This document shows positions 63,569 through 64,000 of a stretch of 64,000 bases of DNA, one piece after another. The translations under genes and the position numbers were made by a program. The notes under the pieces are model-generated. The model ran no database searches. It was not told where the DNA came from and saw nothing but the letters and a program-made list of their open reading frames with translations. Position 1 is the stretch's first letter, and each line of letters opens with the position of its first letter. This DNA comes from Basidiobolus meristosporus CBS 931.73 (Eukaryota > Fungi > Basidiobolomycota), in the NCBI GenBank assembly GCA_002104905.1, contig MCFE01000404.1, positions 16,931-80,930 on the forward strand, written 5' to 3'.

Positions 63569-63604
63569 TTAGGGTTAGGGTTAGGGTTAGGGTTAGGGTT
63601 AGGG
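63569..63604 (+). repeat. (TTAGGG)6 telomeric tract (interstitial in this assembly)
   Basis: Six perfect units that terminate the Gypsy pol frame. Confidence 0.97.
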
Positions 63605-64000
63605 TGAATGATGTAAGATGCCTTGTGCGGAGTTCGTTTTAAAGAATTATGTAGATGGGTTCGAAACAAAGTGGATGTGAGATGTTTAGAGAGAGAAAAA
63701 ATAAAGTAAACAGTAATTCGAAGAACTTTTATTTTTTGAAATGCTCGTAGGGACACATAATCTCCCGTAGATTATTTCGACCAAATCTTCTTCAGTATCC
63801 TTTACCGAGTTTATATCCTAGCTCGTTGGCCACACCTTTGCCCATCAGATGCGTCAATATCATATGATTGTCGCTTCTTTGAGACTGTTAGGGGGTTAGG
63901 GGAACTTCCCCTTAGGATAAATTGTTGGCTTCCTTGGTTTGTCGTGTTTCGATTCTTCAAAATCATGTTAAGCAGGTTAGGGGACTTTTGATATGCAATT

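Overview
Eukaryotic, fungal DNA. Short GT-AG introns with CTAAC branch points, the gene set and the TTAGGG repeats suggest an early-diverging fungus (Zoopagomycota/Mucoromycota-like); this is inference. From left to right: (1) 1-3.7 kb holds a decayed Ty1/Copia element with a 350-bp LTR and a Ty5-type PBS, plus a Gypsy relic. (2) 6-51 kb is gene-dense: a GPCR, RPL12, a metallothionein, ARO7, TRA1, a HAL/NPR-type kinase, RPL31, a TPT transporter, a UBC11-like E2, a PA-RING E3, a myosin light chain, a ZIP transporter, cytochrome b5, an ankyrin protein and KIN17. It also holds secreted proteins: three paralogous Cys-rich proteins, an acidic repeat protein and a bacterial-type CHAP amidase. (3) From 52784 to the end is what looks like a chromosome-end array. 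A guanine deaminase gene is cut mid-CDS and followed by ten head-to-tail, mostly 5'-truncated non-LTR units, all on the minus strand. They comprise RT families A, B and E, an ORF1-only element C and a tRNA-headed SINE D. All share a structured 3' tail ending in a C-rich, CCCTAA-like sequence with no poly(A). Gypsy insertions are interleaved, the last one capped by (TTAGGG)6. This HeT-A/TART-like terminal-transposition system, with its own SINE, is the main candidate for an undescribed system. All coordinates, counts and alignments were made by eye.
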